A stretch of 64,000 nucleotides of DNA, taken from Octopus sinensis. Taxonomy: Eukaryota. Every line of letters begins with the position of its first letter. Within the stretch, counting starts at the first letter, position 1. Positions 37,780 through 51,350 of the stretch are shown in pieces. The stretch covers positions 50,530,001 to 50,594,000 of the forward strand of contig NC_043009.1 of assembly GCF_006345805.1 (NCBI RefSeq), read 5' to 3'. The notes under the pieces are model-generated. The model worked only from the letters and a program-made list of their open reading frames with translations. It made no database searches and had not been told where the DNA came from. Both the position numbers and the translations under genes were made by a program.

Positions 37780-39780
37780 ACAATGTCTCAACTAGACAGA
37801 CGGTGAGAGAAATAGTATGGTGGATAAAACCATAGAGGCTAAGTGACAAACCTGGAAAGATCGGGAGGAAGTGGAACTGCAAAAAGCAGTGTCAATAGCT
37901 AGACAACATTGGATATACTTAGCAAGAGAAAAGGCTGAAAGTGAGAGGTTGGCACATGTTCAGTGTCATGAGTATCAGAGGCATGACATGTTTCAAACAG
38001 CAAAGCAGTAAACGTGAAAGAAACAAAACACTGTCGGGAAGAAGTTTGTGTAGAATGATAGTAATGCACTTGTTCTTAGTGATGCCAAAAAGAAAGAAAT
38101 GCAAAAATGAAAAGAATGTATGAATGAAAAAACCCTTCAGTAAATGCAACAGAGATGCCAACCATTAATATTAATAGTTGAAGAGTAAAAAGTGTGATTT
38201 AAGGATACAAAGGTAGTTACATCATCAAGTATAGGGACTGAGATGCTGAATATATCTGAAAAGATAGGTTATACCCTAGTCACTAAAAAAACTCATTCAT
38301 GTAGTAAAGAGATGAATCCTAACCAATGAATGAAAAACTCTTCAGTAAATGCAACAGAGATGCCAATCATTAATATTAATAGTTGAAGAGTAAAAAGTGT
38401 GATTTAAGGATACAAAGGTAATTACACCATCAAGTATAGTGACCGAGATGCTTAATATATTTGAAAAGATAGGTTATACCTCTAGTCACTAAAAAAACTC
38501 ATTCAGGTAGATAGTAGAGAGATGAATCCTAACCAAGGTTAGTATAGTAATATCAACTGATATAAAAGTAACTTAGCTGCACTAGACAGAGGCAACAATA
38601 GAAATATCAAATTGACATGCCAAGTTATGAAACTGAAAATGTTATAGTGATTTGGAAGAGAATTATTTCACACATGATGAAGTTCAGTTTTGTGCTAGGA
38701 AGACAACTGCATGAATAGTACTTAGGAAGAATCCACTTTTATAAGAATCCTTATATTTTTAACCTGGAGAAGGCTAAGTTCCATGCTCTGTAGTCTGGTG
38801 GTTGCTAAGGTAATTAAGGATGGATGAAAAGTCTGTGGGGGCCATACAAGCCATGAGCAAAGGTACACTCGGCAAGATGAAAATTAGCTAAGTGTTGTTC
38901 AGTGAAAAATTTAGAATGCAGGTAGGTGTCCATCAAGAGTTGATCCTTAGCCCTATCCTATTTATCATAACCTTTCATTTAAAACCAGCTGTTCTTGGGA
39001 AATACTGTATGCCAAAGGTCTCATTTTAATAGCTAAATTTGTGAAATATGTAGAGAAAAATTTCAGACATGGAAACAAAACCTAGACTGAAAAAGCTTGT
39101 AAAGTTTCAGTGAATAGGAAAGAAGACAGGACTCTACTAGCAACGACAATGAGAGTACACATGAAATAAATTCTCTGAAATGCCTGGAAGTTTCCATAGG
39201 AGCTGGTGAACTAGACCTAATTTGCACTAGCCATGAGTGAACATGGCAACCTGATTTAGAATGGTGTAGGAAATGTTCAAGAAGCAATTATATCTACTGG
39301 CAGCAAAGAATTTTTCTCTCAGAATGAAGAACAGATTGTATGATGTTTGTATACAATGTGAAATATTGCTTGGTAGTTATACATGGATCTTGAGTGCAGA
39401 GGATTTGTGAAGGCTGGAAAGAAATGATGTTAGCATGCTCCAGTGGATGTATAAAGTTAGTGTGCATGAAAAGGGTACAAAAGAGTACAAAAGAGCTGAG
39501 AGAAAAACTGGGTATAAGAAGAGTTACATGTAATGTGCAAGAGAGAAAACTGCACTGCTTTGGACAACGATATGAGCTAAAAGACATGCCAAATGCTTGG
39601 AATGAAGGGATTCTGTGGAAGAGGGAAACTGAAGAAGACATAAAATGCCATGGTAATTGGATTCATCGCAGGAATCTGAATTTCATGAAAGAGATGGCAA
39701 AGAACTGTAATGAGTAGTAACATGCAATACAGGAGAACTGCCTGCCCATGAAATGATGGCAAAACAGATGTTAAACGGGT
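37780..39780 (+). pseudogene. Highly degenerate RTE-clade LINE (reverse transcriptase region)
   Basis: Decayed motifs in RTE order: AEML.ISEKIGY.LVT (~38240), ALDRGN.RNIKL..QVMK (~38580), LEKA (~38765), GVHQ..ILSPILFII (~38926), WEILYAKGLIL (~38997), KSTKELREKLGI (~39480); ends CCCATG..ATGG..AACAGATGTTAAAC like the family C tail. Confidence 0.75.
38120..38536. repeat. ~206-bp tandem duplication inside the RTE relic
   Basis: ATGAATGAAAAA..CTTCAGTAAATGCAACAGAGATGCC starts at 38120 and 38326. Confidence 0.92.
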
Positions 39781-40563
39781 TGTATTTAAGGAGACTGAAA
39801 TGTACAATATATCTTCATTTCAGTCTCTTACCCATTACTTATTACTGACATCTAGTATTCTTTTCTCTTCCCATTACTCTGTCTCTTTTACATTACAACT
39901 TCCTGTGTGACTTATTGTTGACATATATCACTTTTTCCCACTCTTTTTCACTTCCATTAGTCTGTTTTCCTTCTATCACTCAAATTTTCCCCCCATCACT
40001 CTTCTCAAACTGTTTGTCTTTTAACTCCTCATTGCCAACAACTAACATGTAGTTACCTATCACAGTCTTTCTTCCATTACTCCCTCCTCTGTAGAATAAT
40101 GCTTCTCTTGATACACAAAGAGCAAGACAAGACAGTCATGATTAGAATGTTATTGATGAAAGATTTGGTAGATTCTACTATCTAGTAAAAAAGATATAAA
40201 AACTTGTTTCCAAATTGAAGTTGTAGAAGTGTTAAAAATTCTGAACACATATAAATGAGTAAGAAGAATTCTGAGGTTGTGCTTCTGAGTGAAAGACAGT
40301 ACATAAACATACTGATGTGATCATGCTCTGAACTACATTGTTTCACTGTCTTAAGGGACAATTATTATTTTAACAAAGCAAAAAAAGAAAAAAAACTGCA
40401 GAGTGTGACACATTGGCGTATCAGCAGCGTGCACTATTGTAAAAACATTGCTAGAGTTATTTTTCTGCCAACTGTCTTACATTTTTTTTCCATCATTTTC
40501 TCAGTGCACACACATGCAATATAGAGTTGTATTTTGCTAACCACTGCATATTTCAAGCACGTC

Positions 40564-40598
<35 letters not shown>

Positions 40599-41111
40599 GA
40601 GAAAGAGAGAGAGAGAGAGAAATAGAATTGAAGCACACAATTTTTCAAAATTGAATGAATAAATGAATTATTGTACATGTCAGCAAATATGACAATATTT
40701 GAGGCTATGAAAAAAGAATATTATGTTAAATCATGTTATAACACTAGTTTTAATATTTGAACCATTAAATTTAGTGGTGAAAAAATATGTATTAAGGGTT
40801 GTTGTAGCACTTATAACGATGTGTTTGCATCAGTTACAGTACATGAAATTGTGGACTGGTATAAACAATTTTACTGATTACCTTATATAGGAAAACAATA
40901 TTTAGGAATTATAATAAAAAAAATCTTGCAGTGATAATTATATGTCAACATTATATGAGAGAGGTAAACATAATCTGTTAAGGTTCTTAGTATAATTAGT
41001 GTGAAATTTGTCATTTTGTGCAGCATATCAAGCAAATATGGCACAAAATAAATATTTTGGGAAGTAACTTTTAGAGTTGTCTAATGCACCAATTGCATTG
41101 TACACTGGTTA

Positions 41112-41291
41112 TACTGTGTGGTAAGATGCTTGCATCTCAACCACATGATTCCATGTTCAGTCTCGCTACATGATATCTTAGGCAAGTGTTTTTTTACTAT
41201 AGCCTCAGGCCAACCAAAGCCTTGTGAGTGGATTTGGTAGCTGGAAACTAAAAGAAGCCTGTTGTGTGTGTATGTATATATTTATATATAC

Positions 41292-41378
<87 letters not shown>

Positions 41379-41625
41379 TAGATAGATAGATATAGATATA
41401 TGTGTGCGTGTCTTTGTGCTTGTGTTTGTCCCTCACCACTGCTTGACAACTGGTGTTTGTGTGTTTACATTCTTGTAACTTAGCAGTTTGGCAAAAGAGA
41501 CCAATAGATTAAATACTAAGCTTTAAAAAAAGTCTTGGGGTCAAATTGTTTGCCTAAAACCCTTCAAAGTGGTGCCCCGGCATGGTCGCAGTCAAATGAC
41601 TGAAACATGTAAAAGATAAAAGATA
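41112..41625 (+). mobile_element. Older SINE A with expanded (TA)(GA)(GATA) core
   Basis: CTGTGTGGTAAG ... GTGAGTGGATTTGGTAG ... GTGGTGCCCCGGCATGGTCGCAGTCAAATGACTGAAAC. Confidence 0.85.
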
Positions 41626-41779
41626 GAAGATTAGTAATTGACAGCATTAAAAGATAACTAATGTGCTGTGCATTTCTTGACTTGACCATTTTAAGCAATG
41701 TAATTCGAAGCTGAACATGTCTTCCTTACCAAATTGGACCCTAATGAAATAAATAAAACTGAAGCAGCTAGATTAAATG

Positions 41780-42110
41780 CAGTTGTGATATAGCCCAGGT
41801 TAGCTTTGACAGAACAAGCTTTGACCAATGTCTTGACCAACTTCTTGACTTTTATATAGGCATCAAGAAGCTAGGAGAATGTTATCCATTTGAATAAGTT
41901 ATGCCATACATTCTCAATGAGCTGGATCCGCCCACTATCAGAACACATGACAACAACCCACAGACTGTAGTCAAAGTGCATCCAAAAAACTGACTTATCA
42001 AAATTTATCTCTGAGTCCTTCCTTTTTTCTAAGGCAGAAAGATATGACTTTTGGGATATTTGGCTGCTAATTCTAGCAGGGCAAACAACCACATAGGGGC
42101 TCCTTCATTA
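41780..42110 (-). mobile_element. Old family E copy
   Basis: GATATTTGGCTGCTAATTCTAGCAGGGCAAACAACCACATAGGGGCTCCTTCATT resembles the end of the 2041-2734 unit. Confidence 0.5.
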
Positions 42111-42149
42111 GCTTGCAACTACATCGATGTAAATGATGAGTGGAAAACA

Positions 42150-43000
42150 AACTTTTCAGAACTTGGGGAACTCAGAAAGAGAGTATTTTAAATTTGAAAA
42201 TAGCTTTTGTCAACAGCCACATCATTGTACAGCTGTGCTGATTGATGTGTCTGGGTTATGCTCAGAAAAGAGTAGAATATTTGAGAATGTCAGTCTATAA
42301 TCAATACCTGACTACACAGAAAAGAAGAAAAGAACATTTTTGCTGTTTTAAATGACCATTCAAAGCAAATAGTTGAACTGTGTTTTAACATTATATCTAT
42401 GGATGAAAGATCTAATTTAATAGATATTGCTTAATGTCTCGTATCTAACAGGAACTTAAATCCCTAGTGGAATGATAAAATATATGAATTATGATTTGAT
42501 ATTTGATTTTACAAACTTTGAAGTCATTTGTGTTTCTGAGGTAACAAATATATGAGGAGAGTATGTAAGAGTAAAAAAGATATTAAAATGACTGGTTTTC
42601 CTGACAAATTTATCAAAAGGAAAATATACTAACATATTTATAATAGTATCTCTCAACATGTCATATTAGTCATAGCTTTGATGTTATACTATATTTGTTC
42701 TAAACAATTAATATGTTCAACCTTTCAAGTCTAAGAGAAGATAGTATAATTTGACTTTTTTCTTATGCATCAAATTGAGGTGGTTAAGTTAAAGAAAAGA
42801 ATTACAGTTTTATGAGAAGATATTTCAAAATTCTTAGAAAATAAACCAATTCCACTAGCTTGAAAATGAGAGGAGAATAATGACCACTACTTTCGTGATA
42901 TTACAGTATCAATGGAAAGATCAGATCTAAATGCCTTAGAACTGCAAAAAGCTACAAAATTACACGAAAACCATTCCAAGATCAATTGACAAAATCTGAA
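42150..43000 (+). pseudogene. Degenerate hAT (SPIN/Charlie, GTF2IRD2-like) transposase relic
   Basis: LCSEKSRIFENVSL (~42258), ISMDERSNLIDIA (~42395; cf. LDESTDITDTAQ), LRWLS (~42776), RDIT (~42895). Confidence 0.55.
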
Positions 43001-43299
43001 ATATATCATTTTCTCATTATGTAAAACTTAGAGTAACAGTGCCCAATGAGAATACAGAAAGTCAAGTGGTCTTCTGATTGAAGAATTCAGTACTAAAGAC
43101 CAAAGATTATTTCTACTTTGATCCAGACAAAGTATTTGTAAATTTATAGGAGCATCCCTAAGCCTTTATGTTTGGAAGTTTACTGAAATAAGCACAAAAA
43201 TTAAATAGACAAATGTCATTGAAATGACAATCAAATCATTCAGTAATCTCAGAAGTGCTCATTCTCTACCAAGTAAAATGTATGTAATATTTTTCTATA

Positions 43300-43472
43300 A
43301 GTTGGCAAGCTGGCAGAATTGTTAGCACATCAGGTAAAATGTTTAGCAGTATTTCATTAGTCTTTATGTTATGAGTTCAAATTCTACTGAGGTCGACTTT
43401 GTCATCCTTTTGGAGTCAATAAAGTAAGTACCTCCAAAATAACTGGCCTTGAACCAAAATTTGAAACCAATA
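43300..43472 (+). mobile_element. Old SINE B2
   Basis: AAGCTGGCAGAATTGTTAGCAC ... GAGTTCAAATTC..GAGGTCGACTTTG ... GGCCTTGAACCAAAATTTGAAACCAAT. Confidence 0.75.
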
Positions 43473-44678
43473 TTCTTTTCTAATAAATTGAAGACCTTTT
43501 GAAATTATTCACTTCAAATATTGCTCCAGCACCACAACGAAATATGTGGGGTAAGTCGGTAAGATATATATTTTGTTACTTTTACAAAGTAGCTTATTCA
43601 AGAAGAAATGTTTTTACTAAATAGAACAGCTGTGGCTCAATATATAAATGAAAATATCTATAAACAGTATTCATTATAGCACTACTTAACCAACCAATAA
43701 CATGCAACAAATTCGCCTTACAGTAATATCAGTCCACATTACTATTTGTGTCAATATGCACACCTGTTATATTATACAATATTTTAGGAAGGGTATTAAG
43801 GGTATATTGTTTTCAAGAAAATCATACATATGTGACTCTTTGAAGTTCATATTTCTAATGAAATACATTGCCTATATGTTTCAGATAATTTTGAAAATAA
43901 ACAAGAATTCAGATATTTAATATAATACCAAATTCAACATTAAGTTGGTGTTTTGAACATTTCTTAACAGAAAGCTGTTATATAAAATTATAATTATCAC
44001 ATCACAAAGGTTTTAATTTAAATATGAACAAAGTCAGTTTCTGGAGGGATAGAGTCAAAAAGGTTAAATACATAAAGCCTGAGCAGAATTTGATGCTGGT
44101 ATTATAATATCCTATCATGAAGCCCATCAATACATCTCCAGATTATATAATTATATACTTCAAATAGCAGTGTGAATAAGCCAAAATATCATGTCATTAC
44201 TTAAGTGTTAGATCATTCATTCTGTCAACAAAGTGGTACTTCAAATAACCATGGCTTATTAAAATATGTAATCTGAAATCAAGAGATATAAACTATGACG
44301 AGAGTTGAGTGGAAAAGCTCAATATTTACTAACAATAATTATTATTATTAAATACAGTTATACTATGTAGGAATGCAGATATGCATGTTTGTATAAAATG
44401 AAGTGCAGAACTTGAGTAGTGAAGATGTGTCACTACAGAAAATACAGATTATATATTCAAGTCCTGTTGTAAACATTTGATTGTGTCCATGGAAACTGCA
44501 CATATTTAGCTTTATCATTCTAATGTATTGCAGGTTACCATTACCACTTCACAGTTAAGTGATTAAATGTAAAATGAGCACCCAAGTGTGTATAAATTGG
44601 CATGAGTGTATATAAGCTGCATGTACAATACGTTAAAAAAAAAATCATCTACCAACACTGATACAACAAAAACCCAAA

Positions 44679-45460
44679 TCTTTTACTTGTTTCAGCTGTT
44701 AGACTGTGGCCATGCTGGGGTACAACTTTGAAGAATTTTAGTTAAATGAATCGACCCCAGAACTTATTATTCTTTGTAAAGTCTGGTTCTCATTCTAAAG
44801 ATCTCTTTTGCAGAACTGCTAAGTTACTGGGACACAAACATACTAACATTAGTAGTCAAGCCGTGGAGGGATACAAACACAGACACACATACATGGATAT
44901 ATATATATATATATATAAAAGAAGTGTGTATAATTATGAATAAATCACAATTATAATGGAGAGGATTGCCAAAACCCTTACATGTCTAGAAATAGCAGTG
45001 AAAACCACTATAAACACTCATATTTGATCTCTTCACCATAAAGATGTTGGAAGGCAACATGACATAAAATTCAAAACTTAAATAAAAGGTTAATTCTCTA
45101 TTGCAATTTCAAAGTTAGTACTCAAATGGTTCCACTCTCTTCCAGAGAACATTCCTGTAGATACAAATTAACACAAAAAAAGCTTACATGTGTCCCAACC
45201 GGCTAGAATAATGTGTCAACCTCTATCTACACATTCAAATTCTGAATTCCAACGTCATGCACAGCGTTTATAAGAAAATCGAGCCATGGTGATACACCAG
45301 ATATGAGTGAAAAGTTAAATAATTAAAGAGGAATGTAAAAATATATATGATGGGCTTTTTTCAGTTTCCACCAACCAAATTCGCTCACAAGGCTTTGTTC
45401 AGCCTGAGGCTGAAGTGGAAGACACTTTCCCTTCTTACCAAACAGCCACATATGTGCCTT
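44679..45460 (-). mobile_element. Old SINE A in two pieces (44679-~44915 and ~45343-45460) separated by unrelated sequence
   Basis: Tail CTTTTACTTGTTTCAG..GACTGTGGCCATGCTGGGG and head-side TTTCAGTTTCC..ACCAAATTCGCTCACAAGGCTTTG. Confidence 0.65.
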
Positions 45461-46162
45461 GAAGCTTCTAATAATTTCACAAAATAGTGAAGTTTTAGCT
45501 GAAGAATGGGTTCAGTATCAATGTACAACTCTATGTATATTAAGTTATGAATGCACAAGAACAACCAGAGATGCACACACAAATCGATGATGTAAACTCT
45601 AAGTCTTCACCATATTGAAGATTTCATACTGAAAAATCTATTTTCATTAGTGAATAAGAAAAGCAAAATTATCATTTTGCCATCATGATGGGTAATTTTC
45701 AATAATTAGAAGTGTAACAGTAATTTAGCATTTTAATCATCAATAGAAAACAAACGTGAACTTTAACAACACAAGATTAAGAAGTAACCACGTTACTTTA
45801 CATACTATCCCACTGAGTTTAGTACCTTGGGCAAGTGTCTTCTACTACAGCCTTGATTCAACCAATTAAGCAAAATTTGGGAGACAAAAAACATTTTAGA
45901 AGTCCATCTTGTGTGTGTGTGTGTGTGTGTGTGTGTGCATGTATTTCCACATGTTTTCATAGTTACTAGTTGATCAAGACTAAAGACAGTGTATATGTCT
46001 CTTGTAAACAATATTTTTTATGTACTGAAAGATTTCATCACATGTGAAGACCAATGAAATAAATATAACTTTCTTAAAAAATGAAGATTAGCGACAGCAA
46101 GACCTTCTAGCAGTAGACTACTGCCTAGAACAAGTCTCATCTAACCCATGCCATGAAATCGA

Positions 46163-46195
<33 letters not shown>

Positions 46196-47104
46196 TGATG
46201 GCTAAAGTAACATCAAATTAGACTGGCAGGAAATAGTGTGTACCTTCTCTGAGCAACTCAACTTACTCTCTTAGATATCATGACAAAAATATTAGCATTT
46301 AAGACTGGTATTCAACAAAGGAGTAACCACATCAGATTTTTCCTACATATACCAGCTTGAAAGTAAAATGAAATTAGTACAACAAAATAAATTCCCAAAA
46401 AGTTTATAAGGTCCTAAACATTCCACCCAGTACCCCACTGCTAACAAGGATCAAGACAACCTAACTATAATATAATTATTATTATCACCCTTGATTATCT
46501 TAATTGGTTTTCTGTTCCAAGTTCATAGTGATAAGAGTAAAATAGATGAATTAGAATTTAAGGTCTAGTTGTAATCCAATAGACATTTAATTGATAATAT
46601 TGAGTAGCCAAAAGAAAGCAATTCCCAAAGCTGGTAAGATAAGGCTGGAAAGGGCTAAACACACAGCTGTTGTAGAACACACACATACTCACATTTCTAT
46701 AATAAATAAATAAATAAATAAAAGGGAAGTGTTAGAAGATTAGCTCTCCTAAGTTAAGTCAATTTTCTTCAAAAGAAAGAATGTATTTCAAATACTTCAT
46801 TCAATAATAGTTTGAAGAGACAAGATTTTGAAGCATATCAATACGACAATACATAAAAATAAGTTGACTGATATGTATCATGGACAGTTTTATACTTTGC
46901 ACAGATCTTAGATAGTCCATTCAATTTACAGCCTATTTCGATGCATATAAGATAAAACGCAGAAAGGATTTTAAAGAGGGTGGACTTTAAAAAGAAAAGA
47001 AAATGCATAGTTTGAGAACTAAAATATAATATTAATATTGATGAAAGTAGAACTTTCAGACATCTAATGATTATTGGCTAAATATTTTAAACAATTATAC
47101 ACAG

Positions 47105-47513
47105 CCACACAGGAGTGGCTGTGTGGTAAGTAGCTTGCTTACCAACCACATGGTTCCGGGTTCAGTCCCACTGCGTGGCACCTTGGGCAAGTGTCTTCTA
47201 CTATAGCCTCGGGCCAACCAAAGCCTTGTGAGTGGATTTGGTAGACGGAAACTGAAAGAAGCCTGTCGTATATATGTATATATATATATGTGTGCATGTA
47301 TGTTTGTGTGTCTGTATTTGTCCCCCTAGCATTGCTTGACAACCGATGCTGGCGTGTTTATGTCCCCGTCACTTAGCGGTTCGGCAAAAGAGACCGATAG
47401 AATAAGTACTGGGCTTACAAAGAATAAGTCCTGAGGGCGAGTTGCTCGATTAAAGGCGGTGCTCCAGCATGGCTGCAGTAAGATGACTGAAACAAGTAAA
47501 AGAGTAAAGAGTA
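47105..47513 (+). mobile_element. SINE A, full length
   Basis: Matches the other copies. Confidence 0.95.
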
Positions 47514-48875
47514 TCTACTGAAACACTTCAATGTGTTTTATACATCATTTTGTAAGTGGGTGGGTGTGAATGTGTGTGCGAGCGTGTGTGTGTTATGTGT
47601 GTGTAATATTTAATTGAAACTAAAACTTTTCTATTACGACTGAATTTAACATTTTTATTTAGGATGTGGTAAATCTCTACAGCTTAAATGAATGAACAGA
47701 AAGAAACAAAACAGAGTTATAGCAGTGAAGTTTCTTCTTTATTTGAATATTAAGTTACTTCAGTCCTTGTATTTAATACATTGTTTTTTTCATATATTAG
47801 CTACCAACAGGAGTTCACTCCTTATATAAAATAATATTACATGTGTCCCTGTAGTCAGAGACACAATAAAATGCAGAAGCATGTGGTTGGGAAGTAAGCT
47901 TCTTACCACACAGCCACTCCTTTATGTTATCAAAGAATATTACCAACAACCAAATACAATTTTTTTTACTCGTAGCACTCATCGAAAAAAATTTTCTTTG
48001 TGTTTTCTATAAAAATATATAAATATCAAAACCTACTCATTTATTTTTTATTTATAAAGTATAAGGGCAATTTTCAGAGGAGAAGGGGTTAAGTAGAATG
48101 AATCAACTTCAATATTTTACTAGTGTTTTGTTGTTTTGACTGAGTGATTGAGAGGTGTAAAAATCTAATCTTAACTGTAACAGATTTTTATACTAATAAC
48201 TAATCAATTTGGAAATGCGAAGCTTGAGTAGACAGTAAAAAAAGAAGAAAATAATTGAATGAACAATGTCAAGGAGTTATACAAAGATTTTGAACCAGAG
48301 ATCTTGCAGTGAACATCTGGCACATTATACTCAGTAATTTTATCACAAGATACAAATGTATCTCCTCTTTTAGGAATAAATTTCATGAACTGGAAAGGAC
48401 ACATGTATCCTTCAAGACAAGTTGTGTTATATGACATCAGTAGCTTGCCCCATCTTAGCTTATTATTGGTTGTAATAGTTCCATCTCATTACTAGATACT
48501 GGACAATTAAGTGAAATTGATTCTACAATGGATCTTAGAATTGAACTCATTTTGTTTCCTTTGTAATTGAATGGCAGACTAGTTTTCCATGTTGATCTCT
48601 TTAATTAAATTATCATCTTTAAAAGCAATTTTCCTCAGTTCAGTAAAGGCAAATTAATGCAGATGAAATAGAGAAGATAATGCATTTACATTTTCAGTCT
48701 GACCTCTGTGGTCTCAATTGAATTGGGATGTTAGCATGATTGGTGTGGCATCATATTGCACTGTATTCAATTCTAGCTCTCAAATGTGATTTCATTCTAT
48801 TGAAAAGACTATTTGTAGTAAAATTTAGCAAGAAATACTAAACTTTCAAACAGAAATACAAGTAAATTATTTTAC

Positions 48876-48931
<56 letters not shown>

Positions 48932-49829
48932 CATATATATGTATATATTTTAAGTTGATAACATAGCACAGCAGAAATGAGTTTTGCACCTGTAAATGTT
49001 GTTTCAAAAAGAAAAAAAAAACACACTAACTTTGTTATTGTGAGTGAAACTTATTAAAATGAAAAGTGTTGAGAAGTGGATAAAAAAATAATGATAGGTG
49101 ATACAAAGAAAATAAATTGGAGAGTTGAATTCAAACCATACAAGAGATAAAAAAATAATGTAATATTAGTATTACTACATCAGATTACATCTTTAACTTT
49201 TCATGAAATTCACATTTTTAGACTCGTATCTTGTTCTACTAATATCTCATCCATACATTCATGTAGGATGATTACCATAGCATTAAACATGAAGTTGTCT
49301 GAGCGGTTTTTTGCCAATGCATCAGAAGCTCTGGATTTTCTCAGTTATCTATTTTGTTCAGCTTCTTTGCCTTGTTCAAGCTTTATGATACTTTTCTTTA
49401 TGAGACTATGTAGATTTCAGAAGCAATGTTCTTCTACAACTCTGGATTGATGCTGAAGTAATTTAGAAAGACCTTGAGAGGGCTCGTCACATTATGTAGT
49501 TTGTTATCCAGTCTGCTAATGGGATCAAGGCAGTGCAGATGGCACAGGAGAATATGAATGTGATATAATACAATGTAATTGAAGAACTCAATGTCACAGG
49601 CCTTGTATTGCAGCACATATTGCAGACAGTTTGGAAAAATCTGTTTAGCTTTGGGATGCCTGCTGTAAACAGTCTATCAATATATCTATGTAGAGAATGT
49701 CTGAAAATCATCTCTTTATATTACAAAGATCCTATTACCCTGAGATTTATTTGTAGTTGAGAAAACAAAACCAACTGGCTCATCAATGAAATATGTATCT
49801 AAAATGACAGGTGTAATATGTATATCTGC

Positions 49830-50047
49830 AAAGGTGGTGAGCTGGCAAAATTGTTTCCACCATGCTGGGCAAAATGCTTAGTGGCGGTTTATCTGTTTTT
49901 ATGTTTTGAGCTCAAATTCTGCCATGGTTAACTTGCTTTTGTCTGCACAGGGCTGATAAAATAAGTACCAGTTGAACATTGGGTTAATGTAACTGACTTT
50001 ATCCCTCCCCTCAAATTGCTGGCCTTGTGCCAAAATTTGAAATCAAT
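49830..50047 (+). mobile_element. SINE B2
   Basis: GGTGGTGAGCTGGCAAAATTG ... GATAAAATAAGTACCAG ... AATTGCTGGCCTTGTGCCAAAATTTGAAATCAAT. Confidence 0.8.
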
Positions 50048-50862
50048 ATGTATACCTACATATCTTTGCATGTAGTCAATGGCAAGTACAAAGAAGGAAT
50101 GATAATGTTCACAAAACAATGATGAAACCACTAAGTTTGTTCAGTTACAAGACACTCAAGATGAGAAACTGTAATCTTGAAATTACTAAATCACATGTTG
50201 TACTAAAAATTCGGATTCTCAGTGCTATAGTAACACCACCTTCCCCTGACACATGAAAACGCAATTGGACAATTAGAAGAAAAAAAAAGAAAAAATGAAC
50301 ATTTTATTTCCTAAATCGATTACTTAAAAATAAAAATTACCAGCTAATAATTTTGTGATAATTTGCTAAAAGATAGTGTGTGTGTGTGCGTGTGCGTGTG
50401 TGTGTGTGCGTGTGCGTGTGTGTGTGTGTGTATGTTTAGGTGTTTATATGTGGGTGTGTCAAATAATAACAGCTTTTTGCTGTTTTTTTCTTCTTGTTTT
50501 GTTTTTCTTAAGTTAGAATTATTTAAAAACAACAATCACCAACAATCTGGAAAATATTACTTCAAACAAACACTAAAATATAATTTAGAAAATTAACATG
50601 GCTTGGAAATAATTATAGTTGGGAAAGAGGCTGGAATTTTGAACATCATTTTTATATGCATAGCACTTCTCTCATCTTCTAGTCTTCAACCATCCAAAAT
50701 ATTAGCTTCTGCTAAACTAACAAACAAACAAAAATAATGTTTAAATGGGTTTTACAACATTTCAAAATTTAAAGTTTTGTTATTTTTATTTACTTATTAT
50801 AATTGTCGTTATCATCATCATCATCATCATCGTCATCATCATTGCAATTATTGTAATTATTA

Positions 50863-51350
50863 GGATGATAAATTAGCAGATTCGTTAGTACATCAGACAA
50901 AATGGGTTGCAGTATTTCTTCTACCTTATTACACTTTGGGTTCAGATACTGTCAGAGTCAACCTTGTGTTTTATTCTTACAAGGTCGATGAAATAAAGTA
51001 CCAGTTAAGTATTAAAATTGATGTAATCAACATACGTCCCCCTCTGACAAATTGCTGACTTTGTGCCAAAATTTGAAACCCTTATTAATATCATTATTAT
51101 TTGAAATATGATAATCATGAAGATGGAGGACCAGCAGAATCATTAATTCATCAGATAAAATGTCTTACGGTATTTCTTCTAGCTCTTTATAATTTAAGTT
51201 CAAATTTTCACCAAGGTCAACTTTGCCTTTTATTCCCCTGGGGCCAATAACATAAAGTACCAGTCTAATACTGAGGTTGATGATATTGATTAATCCTCTA
51301 TGCTCAAAGATGCTAGCCTTGTACCTAAATTAGAAACAGCTATTATTATT
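50863..51350 (+). mobile_element. Two consecutive old SINE B2 copies
   Basis: Two runs of GCAGA.TC.TTA..ATCAGA.AAAATG ... AAAGTACCAG ... TTGT.CC.AAATT.GAAAC. Confidence 0.7.

Noticed and set aside
48673-48690. 14-nt match to the 5' part of miR-277 on the minus strand
   Set aside because: The 3' part does not match and there is no precursor hairpin.
48200-49790. Possible ZMYM1-like hAT transposase remnants on the minus strand
   Set aside because: Only a vague resemblance (FIFSCAIC, AIQGL); too decayed to support without a search.
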